Below are positions 29,952 through 45,378 of a DNA stretch of 64,000 bases, one piece after another; position 1 is the stretch's first letter; every line of letters begins with the position of its first letter. Position numbers and translations under genes: made by a program. The DNA comes from Eledone cirrhosa (Eukaryota), in assembly GCA_964016885.1 (NCBI GenBank), contig OZ024741.1:334428001-334492000 (forward strand), given 5' to 3'. Under the pieces are notes generated by a model. It saw only the letters and a program-made list of their open reading frames with translations, made no database searches and was not told the origin of the DNA.

Positions 29952-30466
29952 ACCCAGAAAAACCTGGGACGACTTGATAAATTCCGACCTCACACACTTA
30001 CACCTCTCCAAGACAATGTCACTGGACCGAGATCTTTGGCGCTACACAGTAATACAGAAGACCCGCCTTGCCTAAGTACTAAGCGAAACCTACAGTCAGT
30101 AGGCACCTCTTAACCAAAATACACCCCGTCCCACTACCCCCACCTCATCCACACCACCCCTTTCGATGTAAAGCTATGTTGGTACCACAACATCCAGTCC
30201 GAAATAAATGAGGTCGTGTAGGTGTCACGACAAAAAAACACACAGTCCATGCTGTAATGTGACCGTGTAGGTAACACGGTAAAAACCTCCCAGTCCACAC
30301 TGTAAACGTGGTCGGTGTTAGGAAGGGCATCCAGCCGTAGAAAATCCACCAGACAGTCCCATAGAAGCAAAACAACAAATCATGCCTCAAGTGGGAAAAT
30401 TCCCGTCCAAACCCATGCAAGCATGGAAGATGGACGTTAAACGATGATAATGATGATGATGATGAT
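29952..30466 (+). mobile_element. RTE LINE 3' fragment
   Basis: [31 protein letters not shown], followed by the UTR and (GAT)n tail. Confidence 0.9.
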
Positions 30467-30811
30467 ATTTCATTTTCATCATTTCATTTTACGTCCGCTT
30501 TTCCCCTGCTTGCAAGGGTGGGACGGGAACTGATTCTGGCTTGATTTCTACAGCTGGATGCCCTTCCTAACACCAACCTCATTTACAGTGAGTGCTGGGT
30601 GCTTCTTTTGCCATGGCATCTACACGACCACTTTGCAGTGGAATGATAGGGACCCCAATCCCTATCATCTCATTTCTACAGCTGAGTAAACTGGAGCAAT
30701 GTGAAATAAAGTGTCTTGCTCAGGGAAACAACACATCACCCGGTCTGAGAATTGAACTCAAAACCTTTCGATTGCAAGGCCAATGCTCTAACCACTAAGC
30801 CATGTGCCTCC
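30467..30811 (-). mobile_element. tRNA/CORE-like SINE with RTE tail
   Basis: Reverse complement of 1817-2158. Confidence 0.88.
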
Positions 30812-30841
30812 ACTATATGATATATATATATATATATTGGA

Positions 30842-31145
30842 AGTTATGTTGGTACCACAACATCCAGTCCGAAACAAATGAGGTCGTGTAGGTGTCACGA
30901 CAAAAAAAAAAAACACAGTCCACGCTGTAATGTGGCCGTGTAGGTAACATGGTAAAAACCTCCCAGTCCACACTGTAAACGTGATTGGTGTTAGGAAGGG
31001 CATCCAGCCGTAGAAAACCTGCCAGACACTCCTATACGAGCAGGACAACAAATCTTGCCTCAAGTGGGAAAACTCCCATCCAAACCCATGCAAGCGTGGA
31101 AGATGGACGTTAAACGATGATGATGATGAGGATGATGATGATGAT
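30842..31145 (+). mobile_element. RTE 3' UTR fragment
   Basis: Matches 43876-44172, with (GAT)n tail. Confidence 0.88.
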
Positions 31146-31174
31146 ATATATATATATATATATATTTACATATA

Positions 31175-31480
31175 TATATAAGAATAAAGTGGAGGTGTTA
31201 CATATGAGATTTATTGCTCAACCCAGTTACAAATGTTTCCCATGGGTTAAAGCGGTTATTTTCTCGGGATATGTGCATCCGTTGGATTCTAGGCTTGTTT
31301 CTGGCTGGTTCATCTTCAGATTTGATGTGATTTTTGTTGTTAACACTGGTCTGAGGATCAGGCAGTCTTAGAGTCTGGTTTGGGATGACTCCAGATCACG
31401 AACCGGCTGCCTGGGTAACATTTGTAATCGAGTTGAGCAAAAAATCTCATATGTAACACCTCTACTTTGTTCTTATTATA
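31175..31480. repeat. Imperfect inverted repeat, ~65-bp arms
   Basis: AAGAATAAAGTGGAGGTGTTACATATGAGATT...TTACAAATGTTTCCCA pairs with TGGGTAACATTTGTAA...AATCTCATATGTAACACCTCTACTTTGTTCTT. Confidence 0.8.
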
Positions 31481-31553
31481 TACACTCTGCTCTGCATCAA
31501 GTGGTGACATTGGCACTCTCATCAGTTTTCTACAGACTTACTGAACCTTTTGT

Positions 31554-31614
<61 letters not shown>

Positions 31615-31776
31615 ACTGGATTTCATACAACTCAAACAGAATTGTATTTAGCCTTCTAAGTAGTTTATTGTAATAAATCTTATATTCTGAGGTGTAATAA
31701 TTTCTTCACCTCACCTACCCTTATCTGTTTTCTTGTTTGAAAATGATCTTTGGTAACCTATGTATATATACATACA

Positions 31777-31826
<50 letters not shown>

Positions 31827-32029
31827 CATATATATATACATATATATATACACATATATATATACACATATATATATACATATATATATACATATATATA
31901 TACATATATATATACATATATATATATATACATATATATATATACATATATATACATATATATATATATACATATATATATACATATATATATATATACA
32001 TATACATATATACATATACATATATACAT

Positions 32030-32105
<76 letters not shown>

Positions 32106-32754
32106 GTAATAATAAATACAAAGACTAAAATTCCAAGCGGACTCAATAAGGGCTGTATATATATATATAAGTATATATAAACCCGTAGAGCAAATATATC
32201 AAGAAGATGCCTCACATTCAGTCACAAGGTGTTGATGTCATCAGGTGGTGCCCAATGTTCATTGGGTGTTTCAACCCTAAACCGTAACATGCTCTCACTG
32301 GTGGGTCAGCAGTAGTGGCCAAATTACTACCCATCTTCACCTCCTAGCTTCCAGGTTATCTCTTTTCTCCTGTTCCAAAGCAAACAAGTGGCCCTTTCCA
32401 CTGCCTCATCCTGTAAACTGCAACCTTCTTCTCTCTTCTTGTCATTCTAATGGCAGTGAGCATTCTCCATACTGAGTGAGCCGGGAATCCTCTGCAGCTC
32501 ACCTTAACTGGAATAGCCAAGCCTGCTAATCTTTCTCCCTACACTCCTGCACAAGTTCTTGATATTTAGCACTCTTTTGCTTAAAGGCATTGCTGCACTC
32601 TTCTTCCTATAGGACTATGAGTTCAATCAGGATTATCTTTTTAATCCTTTCAGACTAAAGTATGACATCTGGCCTCAGGGATGTTTGAACAATCTGGGGT
32701 AACTGCAACCTACCTCCCAGATCAACCCTTATATCCCATGATTGGGCCATTTGT

Positions 32755-33340
32755 AGTAGATAACAGCCACTTCTTGGAACTGTTCAATGTCATGTGCTCG
32801 GTTTACCAAGGTTTTCCCCTCTCCTCCCTATTGTACCTATGTGACCTAGTGACTCTCAAGCCACTACTACACAAATTGGAGTCATGGAATGTGAACTAAG
32901 ATGGGAGAGATCCATGTCAGTATATGCCAATGATGTCAGCATAGTGTTCTTGAATACCAAACATATTGAGATGATTGGCACCACTCTCAGTGCGTATGAA
33001 GTAGTAACAGGAACAAAAGTTAACCTGGTAAAGTTGGTGGGCCTGCAACTTGGTGCCTGGTGAGGCAGGTCCATGGCATCCAACGTTGGATTGACAGACC
33101 GGTTAAATTGTTCAGAGTCTGGTTTGGTCCAGACTTCCAGATGGGCAAAAACTGGGATGAGTTAATGAACAGGGTGGCCATTCTTATCTTGAAATGAGCC
33201 AAGAAGAAGCTATCCTTGTTTCCAAGCACTCCCTCTAAGTATTCACTTGACCCAGGACTGTAACTCCATCTAGGAAATGAGCTGGAGAAAAATGTGTCTG
33301 ACCAACGGTGACCACACATGTTCACCATCAAGGAAAAATT
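32755..33340 (+). pseudogene. Highly decayed L1/Tx1-like reverse transcriptase
   Basis: Fragments SVYQGFPLSSLLY (VRQGCPLSPLLY-like), SVYANDVSI (YADD-like), YEVVTGTKVN and VWFGPDFQMGKNW, with stops and frameshifts. Confidence 0.7.
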
Positions 33341-34337
33341 GGGGATGATGTAGCCTAAGAGAATGTTTGTGTATCATCAGCCACTGTATGCCCAGTCCTT
33401 TATACAGCAGGTGTTGACAGAAAATGCACCACCTGACCAGCAGTACATGTCCCTTCCACTAAAAGTGAAAAAAAGTGAAAGAGCAAATGCTCCAGTACAG
33501 TCAGACGCAAACTAGGGCACGGCATGATGGTCAGGGAATAGTCAATGATGGATATGATGTTATGAGTATATTTCATCAGGAATACAGTCACAAAAGTGTT
33601 AAACCACCGAGGCATTGGTCAGTTTGTGGCTATAATAGAAAATACTTGCTGAATGTGCCTTGCAGTGGGATTGAACCCAAAACCCTCTAGCAGAAAAGTG
33701 ATCTCCACAGGCATGCCTACACATATATATGCATGTCTGTACACAGCATACACACACACATACACTCACATGCACACACACACTGACTCATACTCACATA
33801 CACACACACACACACCAACACACACTCACACTCACATACACTCACACACAGAGACAGACGCAAAATTACATACACACACACAGAAGAAATAATGAGAATG
33901 GTTGGAAAGATAGTAAGGTGAATGGTTGGAGAAACAGTGAACAAAAGAAGAGAGAGAGAGCGAGAGAGATTAGGAAAACAATGAGGAAAGCAAAGCTGAA
34001 AAAAAAGAAGTGGTTGTGGTAGGGCGGGGACGTATAAACAATGTTGAAAATAAAAGAAAAGATAAAAAAGACAGAGGGATGGAAAGAGGAGAGGGAGGAG
34101 AGGGGAGGTATTGGTGAGGTATAGGAAGAGGTGAGAGAGGAATAGAAATAGGAGAGAGAGGAGATAAGGGGTATTGGAGAGGGATGGAAAGAAGAGAGGG
34201 AGGAATGGAAAGGGGAGAGAGGCAGTATTGGAGAAGAGTAGGAAGAGAAGAATGGAAAGATTAAAGAGAGGAATGAGAAGAGGAAAGAGAGAAATACTAA
34301 TAGGAGTGAGAGAGAGAGAAAGAGAGAGAGTGAGAGA

Positions 34338-34411
<74 letters not shown>

Positions 34412-36776
34412 AGAATAGGAAAATGATAAGATTCTGTCTTTCTTCAGGTTGATTCTTATTGTCAAGAATGGTGAATGAGAATAAATTTTTTTGTTATCAT
34501 TTGTATTGAGTGATGGAGTTTTAGCTGGATTATGCCTGAAATAATTTTATTTGTGCCTTTATTTACATTTGTAAAAACCAGAAGACATTAAGAGACGAAA
34601 ATATGTTATAAAACAATTAAAGATGAGAAGAAAAGCATATTATTGCCAAACTCCATTAGGTCTTTAGTTGAAAAATGAAAGAAAAAGAGAAAATTATTAT
34701 CATGGTTTTTTATTTATTTATTTATTATTTTTATTTTATATTTTTTTATTTGTTTATTTATTTATTTTTATTTATTATCTTTTTTTATCTCTCTTCCTAC
34801 TTTTCTACTCTGATTTCTTTCTTTTGATTAATTTGTTCAATGGAAAAGGGGACTCATTATTCGGGGGAATGTGATTGTGTTTGTTGTCAATGCTTGATAT
34901 TTATAATGGATCCAAACATAGAGCATTCAAGTTAGTTTGTAAATAGGATACAAAAGCTCACAGTACATTAGAGATGGTACTTGGGTTGTTTTTTTTAATA
35001 ATTTTTTGTTTGTTTGTTTTTTTTTTGTTTTGTTTTGCATTCAATTTAGTTTTGCATTCATCTACTTCTGGGCATTCAATTTACTCTTCATATTATACTC
35101 ATTTAGCCTGAGCAAACAGTGTAAATTATGCAAGTACCCTCTGACTTGCTCAGGGTTAGCTTTGTAGTTAAAATTTCAGTTAAGGTTATAAATCCAGAGA
35201 AACAATAATTATTCATGAGGCTTTCTTTCTTTTTTTAATTCCATCATAAACAGAAGCAGTTATATCAGGTTCAGGTATCTTATTCTTAATTAATCTTTGA
35301 TAGAACCAATCAGTAAGCAGACATATTGACAGTTTAGTATGGAATAAACCTCTTTTTCACTTCGTCTTTCTCACTCAATCTCTATCCTTCTCTGAAAGAA
35401 ATCAACTGTGTTTAGGCCTGGAGAGAGAATGGTATCCACCAGGTTTTAAAATGACCAAGAAAAGTCAAAATATATTGAATATATTTATTTTCCTCTTTAT
35501 TGAGCATTACTGCATTTTTCATCACTACATTTTTACTGATATTTCAAATAACAACACTTTAACTATTAATATCTTCTCTAACCTAAGAAGGACCTAGAGA
35601 GGATCAGCTCTGCCAGGCTTAAATTGACCAAGAAACACTGTATGCCACTAAGATACCTGCACGACTCCATCAAAAGTTACGGGACCATACCAACTAGTTA
35701 ATATGAACACCACTAATACAAGAATAGCAGAGTCAGGGTGTCAAATTAAATGCCCCTGCATTTGATCTGGTTCACTGCAGTCTGAGTTAAAATCACACAG
35801 GTCAACTTTGCCTTTCAACCTTTCAAGGTAGATCAATAAAGTACCAGATCAGTACTGGAGATTGGCGATTGATTCTTATTCTGTCACACTTTTTCTCCTT
35901 CATTTTGGAAGAAATCAGCTATGTTCAGACTTGGAGATGGATGGGCTCCACCAGGCTTAAAATGCCCAAGAAATGCTGTATGTCACTACAGCGCCTGTAT
36001 GACTCAATCAGGAGATACAGAACCACATTATACCATACCAAACATATTCAATGTAATGAGCATAAGACTGTTGAATCACTGTTGTCTCCGACAATGAGTG
36101 TTCCAGTTGATTCAATCAACAGAAATACCTGCTTATGAAATTAACATGTAATTGGCTGAGCATTCCCCAGTTCGCAGGGAGATTCAGTGTGTAACAAGGC
36201 TGGCCCCTTGAATTACAGATACAACTCATTTTTGTCAGCTGAGTGAACTGAAGCAACGTAAAATGAAGTGTCTTCCTCAAGGACACAATATGCCACCTGG
36301 ACCTTACAATCATGAGTCCAGCATCCTAACCACTATGCCATGAGTCTTGAAATATAAAATATAGAGATAGTATATAATATCCATTTGCTTATACCTTCAT
36401 TTATTTTACAGGGAAATTTGCTAAGCATCTTCAAAGAAATTTATTTCTCAAAAAGAAGCTCAGAAAACTTCCCATTTGCTTTAATGAAACACCAGAGCTA
36501 TGTTATAAGAAAATGAATGAATAAACCATCTTGAGTGTGCCTATAATATATATATTATTTTTTCTCTCTTTCACTCCTTTCAGTTTTGCTATTTATACCT
36601 TCATCTAAAAACACTCTATACCAATACCAATACCAATCCCACTTACAATTCTTTACAATTCTTTACTTCTGTGATATTGAAAATTACTATTCTCCATCTA
36701 CCCACTCCTGTCTCTCACCCACCTGCTATAACCGAATAATATGTCAACAGTTTGGTTGGGACCACCCATGTAAACT

Positions 36777-36866
36777 CTCATATCTGAAGAAGTGTTGATT
36801 AAGAGTTGGGATCTGATCACCTGATCAAACCCAAGCTGATCAATATAGAAACAATTGTTATATAAG
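36777..36866 (+). ncRNA. Putative hammerhead ribozyme with long stem II
   Basis: ctcatat-CTGAAGA-a-gtgttgatt..ttggg..tgatca(cc)tgatca..cccaa..gatcaatat-a-GAAA-caattg-TT-atataag. Confidence 0.65.
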
Positions 36867-36924
36867 ATAAAGTTTACAAAAAGCTGCAGCTCTTATTTTC
36901 ACTATATATATATATATGCCCCCA

Positions 36925-37206
36925 CATCCCCCACCGCAAGGTGGTCGTGGAGGTGCCATGGCAAAAAAGCACCCAGCCCACACTGTAAAGTGGACGTGTA
37001 TGTGCCACGAAAAAGCACCCAGCACTCACTGTAAATGAGGTTGGTGTTAGGAAGGGCATCCAGCTGTAGAAATCAAGCCAAATCAGTTCCTGTATGAGCA
37101 AGGCATGGTCAGCCGACCAGACACTGCCCACAACAGGACAACCCGTCTAACCCATGCTAGCGTGGAAGAACGGACGTAAAACGGTGATGACGATGATGAT
37201 GATGAT
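36925..37206 (+). mobile_element. RTE subfamily B 3' UTR fragment
   Basis: Reverse complement of 63457-63730, with (GAT)n tail. Confidence 0.85.
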
Positions 37207-37389
37207 ATATATAATCATCACCATCATTTAACATCCTGAAAAGAGCGTAATGGCCCTGAAATATCATGCTAAAATACACTACTTTGTTTTGTTTCATTTG
37301 TCATCATTTGCCCTTCGTATTTTTCTATCACATTGTACCAGCTTTAAAAAAAATTATTGGTCTTTTACAAAATCTTATTTATGCTAGAA

Positions 37390-37715
37390 CAGTGATTCCT
37401 AACATGGGACGCATGTCCCACAGGGGTGCAATTTGAATACTTAAGGGGGTAATTTGAAAATGATGTTAATGAGAACAAACTTCAGATTTTACCTTATTAC
37501 TTTTATCCCAAAGCAACTTTGGTACACATTACTGTCGGAAACTCCTGTCTGACCTCCTCCTCCATACATCTTATTGTACATCTGACACCACCTAAATGCC
37601 AATTTGTACAAAATTGAGTACAAAACTCAATTTATTTTCATATCAAAAGGGGGCATAACAATGTTTGAGATGGTGAGGTGGGCATGGGGCATCTTTACTT
37701 CTTTCCATGGGGGTA
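37390..37715 (+). mobile_element. Possible hAT (Charlie-like) DNA transposon end
   Basis: Begins CAGTGATTCCTAAC after GCTAGAA, resembling Charlie-type CAGTGGTTCCCAA termini and NTCTAGAN targets. The other end was not seen. Confidence 0.4.
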
Positions 37716-38108
37716 CCAATACAGGACCTGATTAGCAAGGATTAGCAGTGGAGATATGTGATTTGAAAGAGATTTGACTCTTATGTCAATCCTGTTCTAA
37801 GGCAGAATTTAAGTAATGCTCAGCCACTTGTATGTTAATTTCATGAGAATAACCAGACTGCCAATATCTTGTTCCATACTATAGCGAGCATATAAAAAAT
37901 AAAAGCAAGATAACATTACACCTAAATACCTGTCTGATGACAAAACATTAATTAATTATTACATAATGACATTAATGTTTTTGAAATGTGCATAACAGGA
38001 TGTCGTATAAACTGAAGATGTATACATGACACCATATCTCTTCTTTTTTATAATATATATATATTGATGAGGTTATAGGAAATATATTTGCTATAATCTC
38101 GATTGCTC

Positions 38109-38555
38109 ACAATTACTCACTCAATGAGATATGGTTTGAAAGTATATCAAGCAAACATATCCCAGAGTGCTAACAGAATATATATTCATAATACACACAC
38201 ACATATATATATATATCGGTTCTGTATGAGTATGACATGATGACATGGCCACCTGACCTTGCATTGCTCACAACAGTAACTTGTCTAACCCCATGCCAGC
38301 ATGGGGTTAGTGTGTGTGTGTGTGTATATATCATCACCATTTGACGTCCATTTTTCCATGCTGGCATGGGGTTAGACAAGTTACTGTTGTGAGCAATGCA
38401 AGGTCAGGTGGCCATGTCATCATGTCATACTCATACAGAACCGATATATATATATGTGTGTGTGTGTGTGTATTATGAATATATATTTTGTTAGCACTCT
38501 GGGATATGTTTGCTTGATATACTTTCAAACCATATCTCATTGAGTGAGTAATTGT
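38109..38555. repeat. Near-perfect inverted duplication, ~195-bp arms (38109-38304 / 38356-38555)
   Basis: The arms are reverse complements, including an RTE-type tail segment and internal microsatellites. Confidence 0.92.
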
Positions 38556-38623
38556 AATATATCCCAAGGCTCTGATACCATCAACACCATAAACACAGAG
38601 CTGACATATCTACGAACTGACTA

Positions 38624-38679
38624 ACTGCCTGATGAGGTCATAGCCATTCAATGGCTATCATCGAAATATATATAGCAGT
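38624..38679 (+). ncRNA. Minimal type-I hammerhead ribozyme
   Basis: actgc-CTGATGA-ggtc-atagccat(tca)atggctat-catc-GAAA-tatata-TA-gcagt, then AATAAA. Canonical core. Confidence 0.78.
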
Positions 38680-38900
38680 AAATAAAGGATTATGAGTTCA
38701 TGCAATTGACTTATGTTTCGTCACTATATGTATATATATATAGAGAGAGAGAGATTTTGAGTTTATGTTGGTTGTATACCAACACCTCAGTAAGCAGGCT
38801 GGAGCACTCGACGAAGTGCGCAGGTTGGTTTGGTTACTCCGGAGTAGTGTAAAATAAAGTTAAATAAAAGTCAAATGATTAAAATTTAGCTTCGTTTATT

Positions 38901-38955
38901 ACTGCTATATATATTTCAGTGACAGCCATCTTTGGCTGTGACCTCTTCAGGCAGT
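38901..38955 (-). ncRNA. Minimal type-I hammerhead ribozyme (left arm of inverted repeat)
   Basis: Exact reverse complement of 38978-39032. Confidence 0.75.
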
Positions 38956-38977
38956 TTGAATTACCATACTAATTCAA

Positions 38978-39032
38978 ACTGCCTGAAGAGGTCACAGCCA
39001 AAGATGGCTGTCACTGAAATATATATAGCAGT
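38978..39032 (+). ncRNA. Minimal type-I hammerhead ribozyme (right arm of inverted repeat)
   Basis: actgc-CTGAAGA-ggtc-acagcca(aaga)tggctgt-cact-GAAA-tatata-TA-gcagt-AATAAA. Confidence 0.75.
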
Positions 39033-39074
39033 AATAAACGAAGCTAAATTTTAATCATTTGACTTTTATTTAAC

Positions 39075-39155
<81 letters not shown>

Positions 39156-40573
39156 CTATATACATATAATAATGATTTAACAAGGATTTTACCTAAATCA
39201 TTTAATTGATTTATGACCATTTCAAGAAAATGTTATTCCTGTGTATGACTATAGAAGTGAAATATTTGGTTGACATAGAAAGCATTGGGAAATTTGAAAC
39301 TTGAAACTTAACTCCCCATACTGCAGATAACTACATATAATTGTTTCTACTTTAGGCACAAGGCCAGCAATTACCCAGTGCATTACTGGTACTTTATTTT
39401 ATCGACCCCGTAAGGATGAAAGGCAAAGTCAAGTTGATAACTACATATGATAGTTAAATATCCTGTTGATCTGATAACTGTAACACTCATCTAAACTGAT
39501 GGTGGTCCATTCCATTTGAATATTTTCTTTCTAAAATTTTACTATTTATGTTATGGTTGTTGGTCAAAAACACTGGTCAAGGAAATATATTATCAAAACA
39601 ACCAGGTTTAGACCCCGGGGGGCCTGGGACAGTTCAGGTTTGGTGGACCCCTCATATAACAAAACAGACATACATATATATGTGTTTTGTGTCTATGTAT
39701 GTATATACTCTTTTACTCTTTTACCTGTTTCAGCCATCCGGCTGAGGCCATGCTGGGGCACCGCCCTTATATATATATATTTTTTTTTTTTTTTCACCTG
39801 GGAGTGAAAGGCCCCAGTTATTGTCACAACACCTTTCTAGGAGAGGGAAACTCAACAAAAAAAACCCTGCGGCATGGAAGCATCCGATGATGTTAACCAG
39901 TTCTCCTTTTCGGGTAGTGTTTTCGATGCTCAGAGATCGGGATTGGTCAAGTGCAAGGCCTTTCCCCACTTAAAAAACCTTCAAAGTGCAGGCATTGCTT
40001 ATTCAGGTTATATTACAGATTCATGTGGCTGGCCATAGCCTAAAAATGCACCATTTTCTGTAATCTGACAAGCAATTACAATACTCTTAGAAGAGTTTGC
40101 AGCCATCTATATATATGTAAAATGTTTGTACAAAGTTGGTATGAATATCCAAGGGTTTAGTATTATAAATATATATATATATAAACACACATAAGCAGTA
40201 GGAGTGACAGAGAGAGAAAGACAGCAGAAACTGAATAAAGAGGAAAATATTTGAATTCTTTCAAATACATCATTGATAAAAGGTAGCAAGAGCTCTGTTT
40301 GAAGTGGGTGGTCCTCCTGATAGAAGCAGCCCTTTTTGGAGAGGTAAGGGAGCTGTATGATGAGGGGGTGGGGTGGCAGGTCATTTGTCTACACTTCCCC
40401 ACCCACTGATAAATCTGGCTCTGGATCAAATATATTTTAGCTAGCTTATTAATTAATTTACAGACAGTTTATCTCAGACTACACAAGTTCTGTTAAAAAA
40501 AGTATACAAATTATGTTTTCCTATGGAAAATAAGATGCAGTATTTTTCGTCGATACTCCCATATATACATATA

Positions 40574-44172
<3,599 letters not shown>

Positions 44173-44263
44173 TATATATATATAAAACGAAGGAAGTGTG
44201 GTAAGGGACCAGGTGGACCATAATGCACCAGAGTACTCGATACTTAGGGTAATAGAGTGGATA

Positions 44264-44394
44264 ATAGGAAAAGAGTCAGGACCCCGATGGCTGAGCTCCA
44301 GCCGTTTCGACAGCTAGGTCTGAACAGCTAGCATTCAGACCTAGCTGTCGAAATAGCCAAAGCTCAGCTGTCGGGTTCCTGACTCTTTTCCTAT
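44264..44394. repeat. Imperfect ~130-bp palindromic element
   Basis: ATAGGAAAAGAGTCAGG...CGACAGCTAGGTCTGAA pairs with TTCAGACCTAGCTGTCG...CCTGACTCTTTTCCTAT. Partial copies at 1663-1695 and 13968-14000. Confidence 0.8.
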
Positions 44395-44395
44395 G

Positions 44396-44426
<31 letters not shown>

Positions 44427-44858
44427 AAATAAATATATGCTTGTATGTATATATTTATATATGTATATATATATATATATATACACTCTCAGGTCTTGAA
44501 TAATTGATCCTCCCCTCCTCACTTATTAAATTTTCAGACCCCCTCTCCTCCTGCTTTTACCCCACCCCTCTTTATTAAATTTTGCTAATCTATCTCCGGC
44601 AAAATCTTTATTGTAAGTGATTCATATCAATACAGCAGCTGTAAAATGCTATAATAATTTTATTTTACATAAAAAAAAACATTATATATGACAATAAAAG
44701 AACATTACAAGAAATCCCATATTTATAAATGTACACTATACAATTACCGATTCACCCACCCCATTTATTCCACCCCCACCCACCCCTTGCTTATAAGAAT
44801 TTAAGCAAATTTCCAACCCCCCGCTTATCCACCCCCCTATTATTTGGGATCCAAGAGT

Positions 44859-45058
44859 NNNNNNNNNNNNNNNNNNNNNNNNNNNNNNNNNNNNNNNNNN
44901 NNNNNNNNNNNNNNNNNNNNNNNNNNNNNNNNNNNNNNNNNNNNNNNNNNNNNNNNNNNNNNNNNNNNNNNNNNNNNNNNNNNNNNNNNNNNNNNNNNNN
45001 NNNNNNNNNNNNNNNNNNNNNNNNNNNNNNNNNNNNNNNNNNNNNNNNNNNNNNNNNN
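44859..45058. other. Assembly gap (200 N)
   Basis: Run of n. Confidence 1.
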
Positions 45059-45344
45059 CAGGTAATATGTGATTTGATCACCAGAGTCACTGCTTCATGA
45101 TCATACTCTCAGTGCTTGGCAGATAGGCCCACTGCAGCCAATCTGTTTCTGGTGTATGACCTTGATGAAACCTTGAAGTGGAACACACAAATATTTGGTA
45201 GAAATAATCAAGGTGATGGATATGCTTGCAGTAAGGCTGTAAGCACACATGCCTGATACACTTCAACTTTCGTATGCACACTGATATCTGATTGGAAACC
45301 ACCTCTCCAGCTTACTAAAAAGCAAGGGTACATACATGCATACA

Positions 45345-45378
<34 letters not shown>

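Noticed and set aside
44485-44858. Possible MITE with ACTCT...AATAAT termini
   Set aside because: TIR match is weak and the right end abuts the assembly gap.
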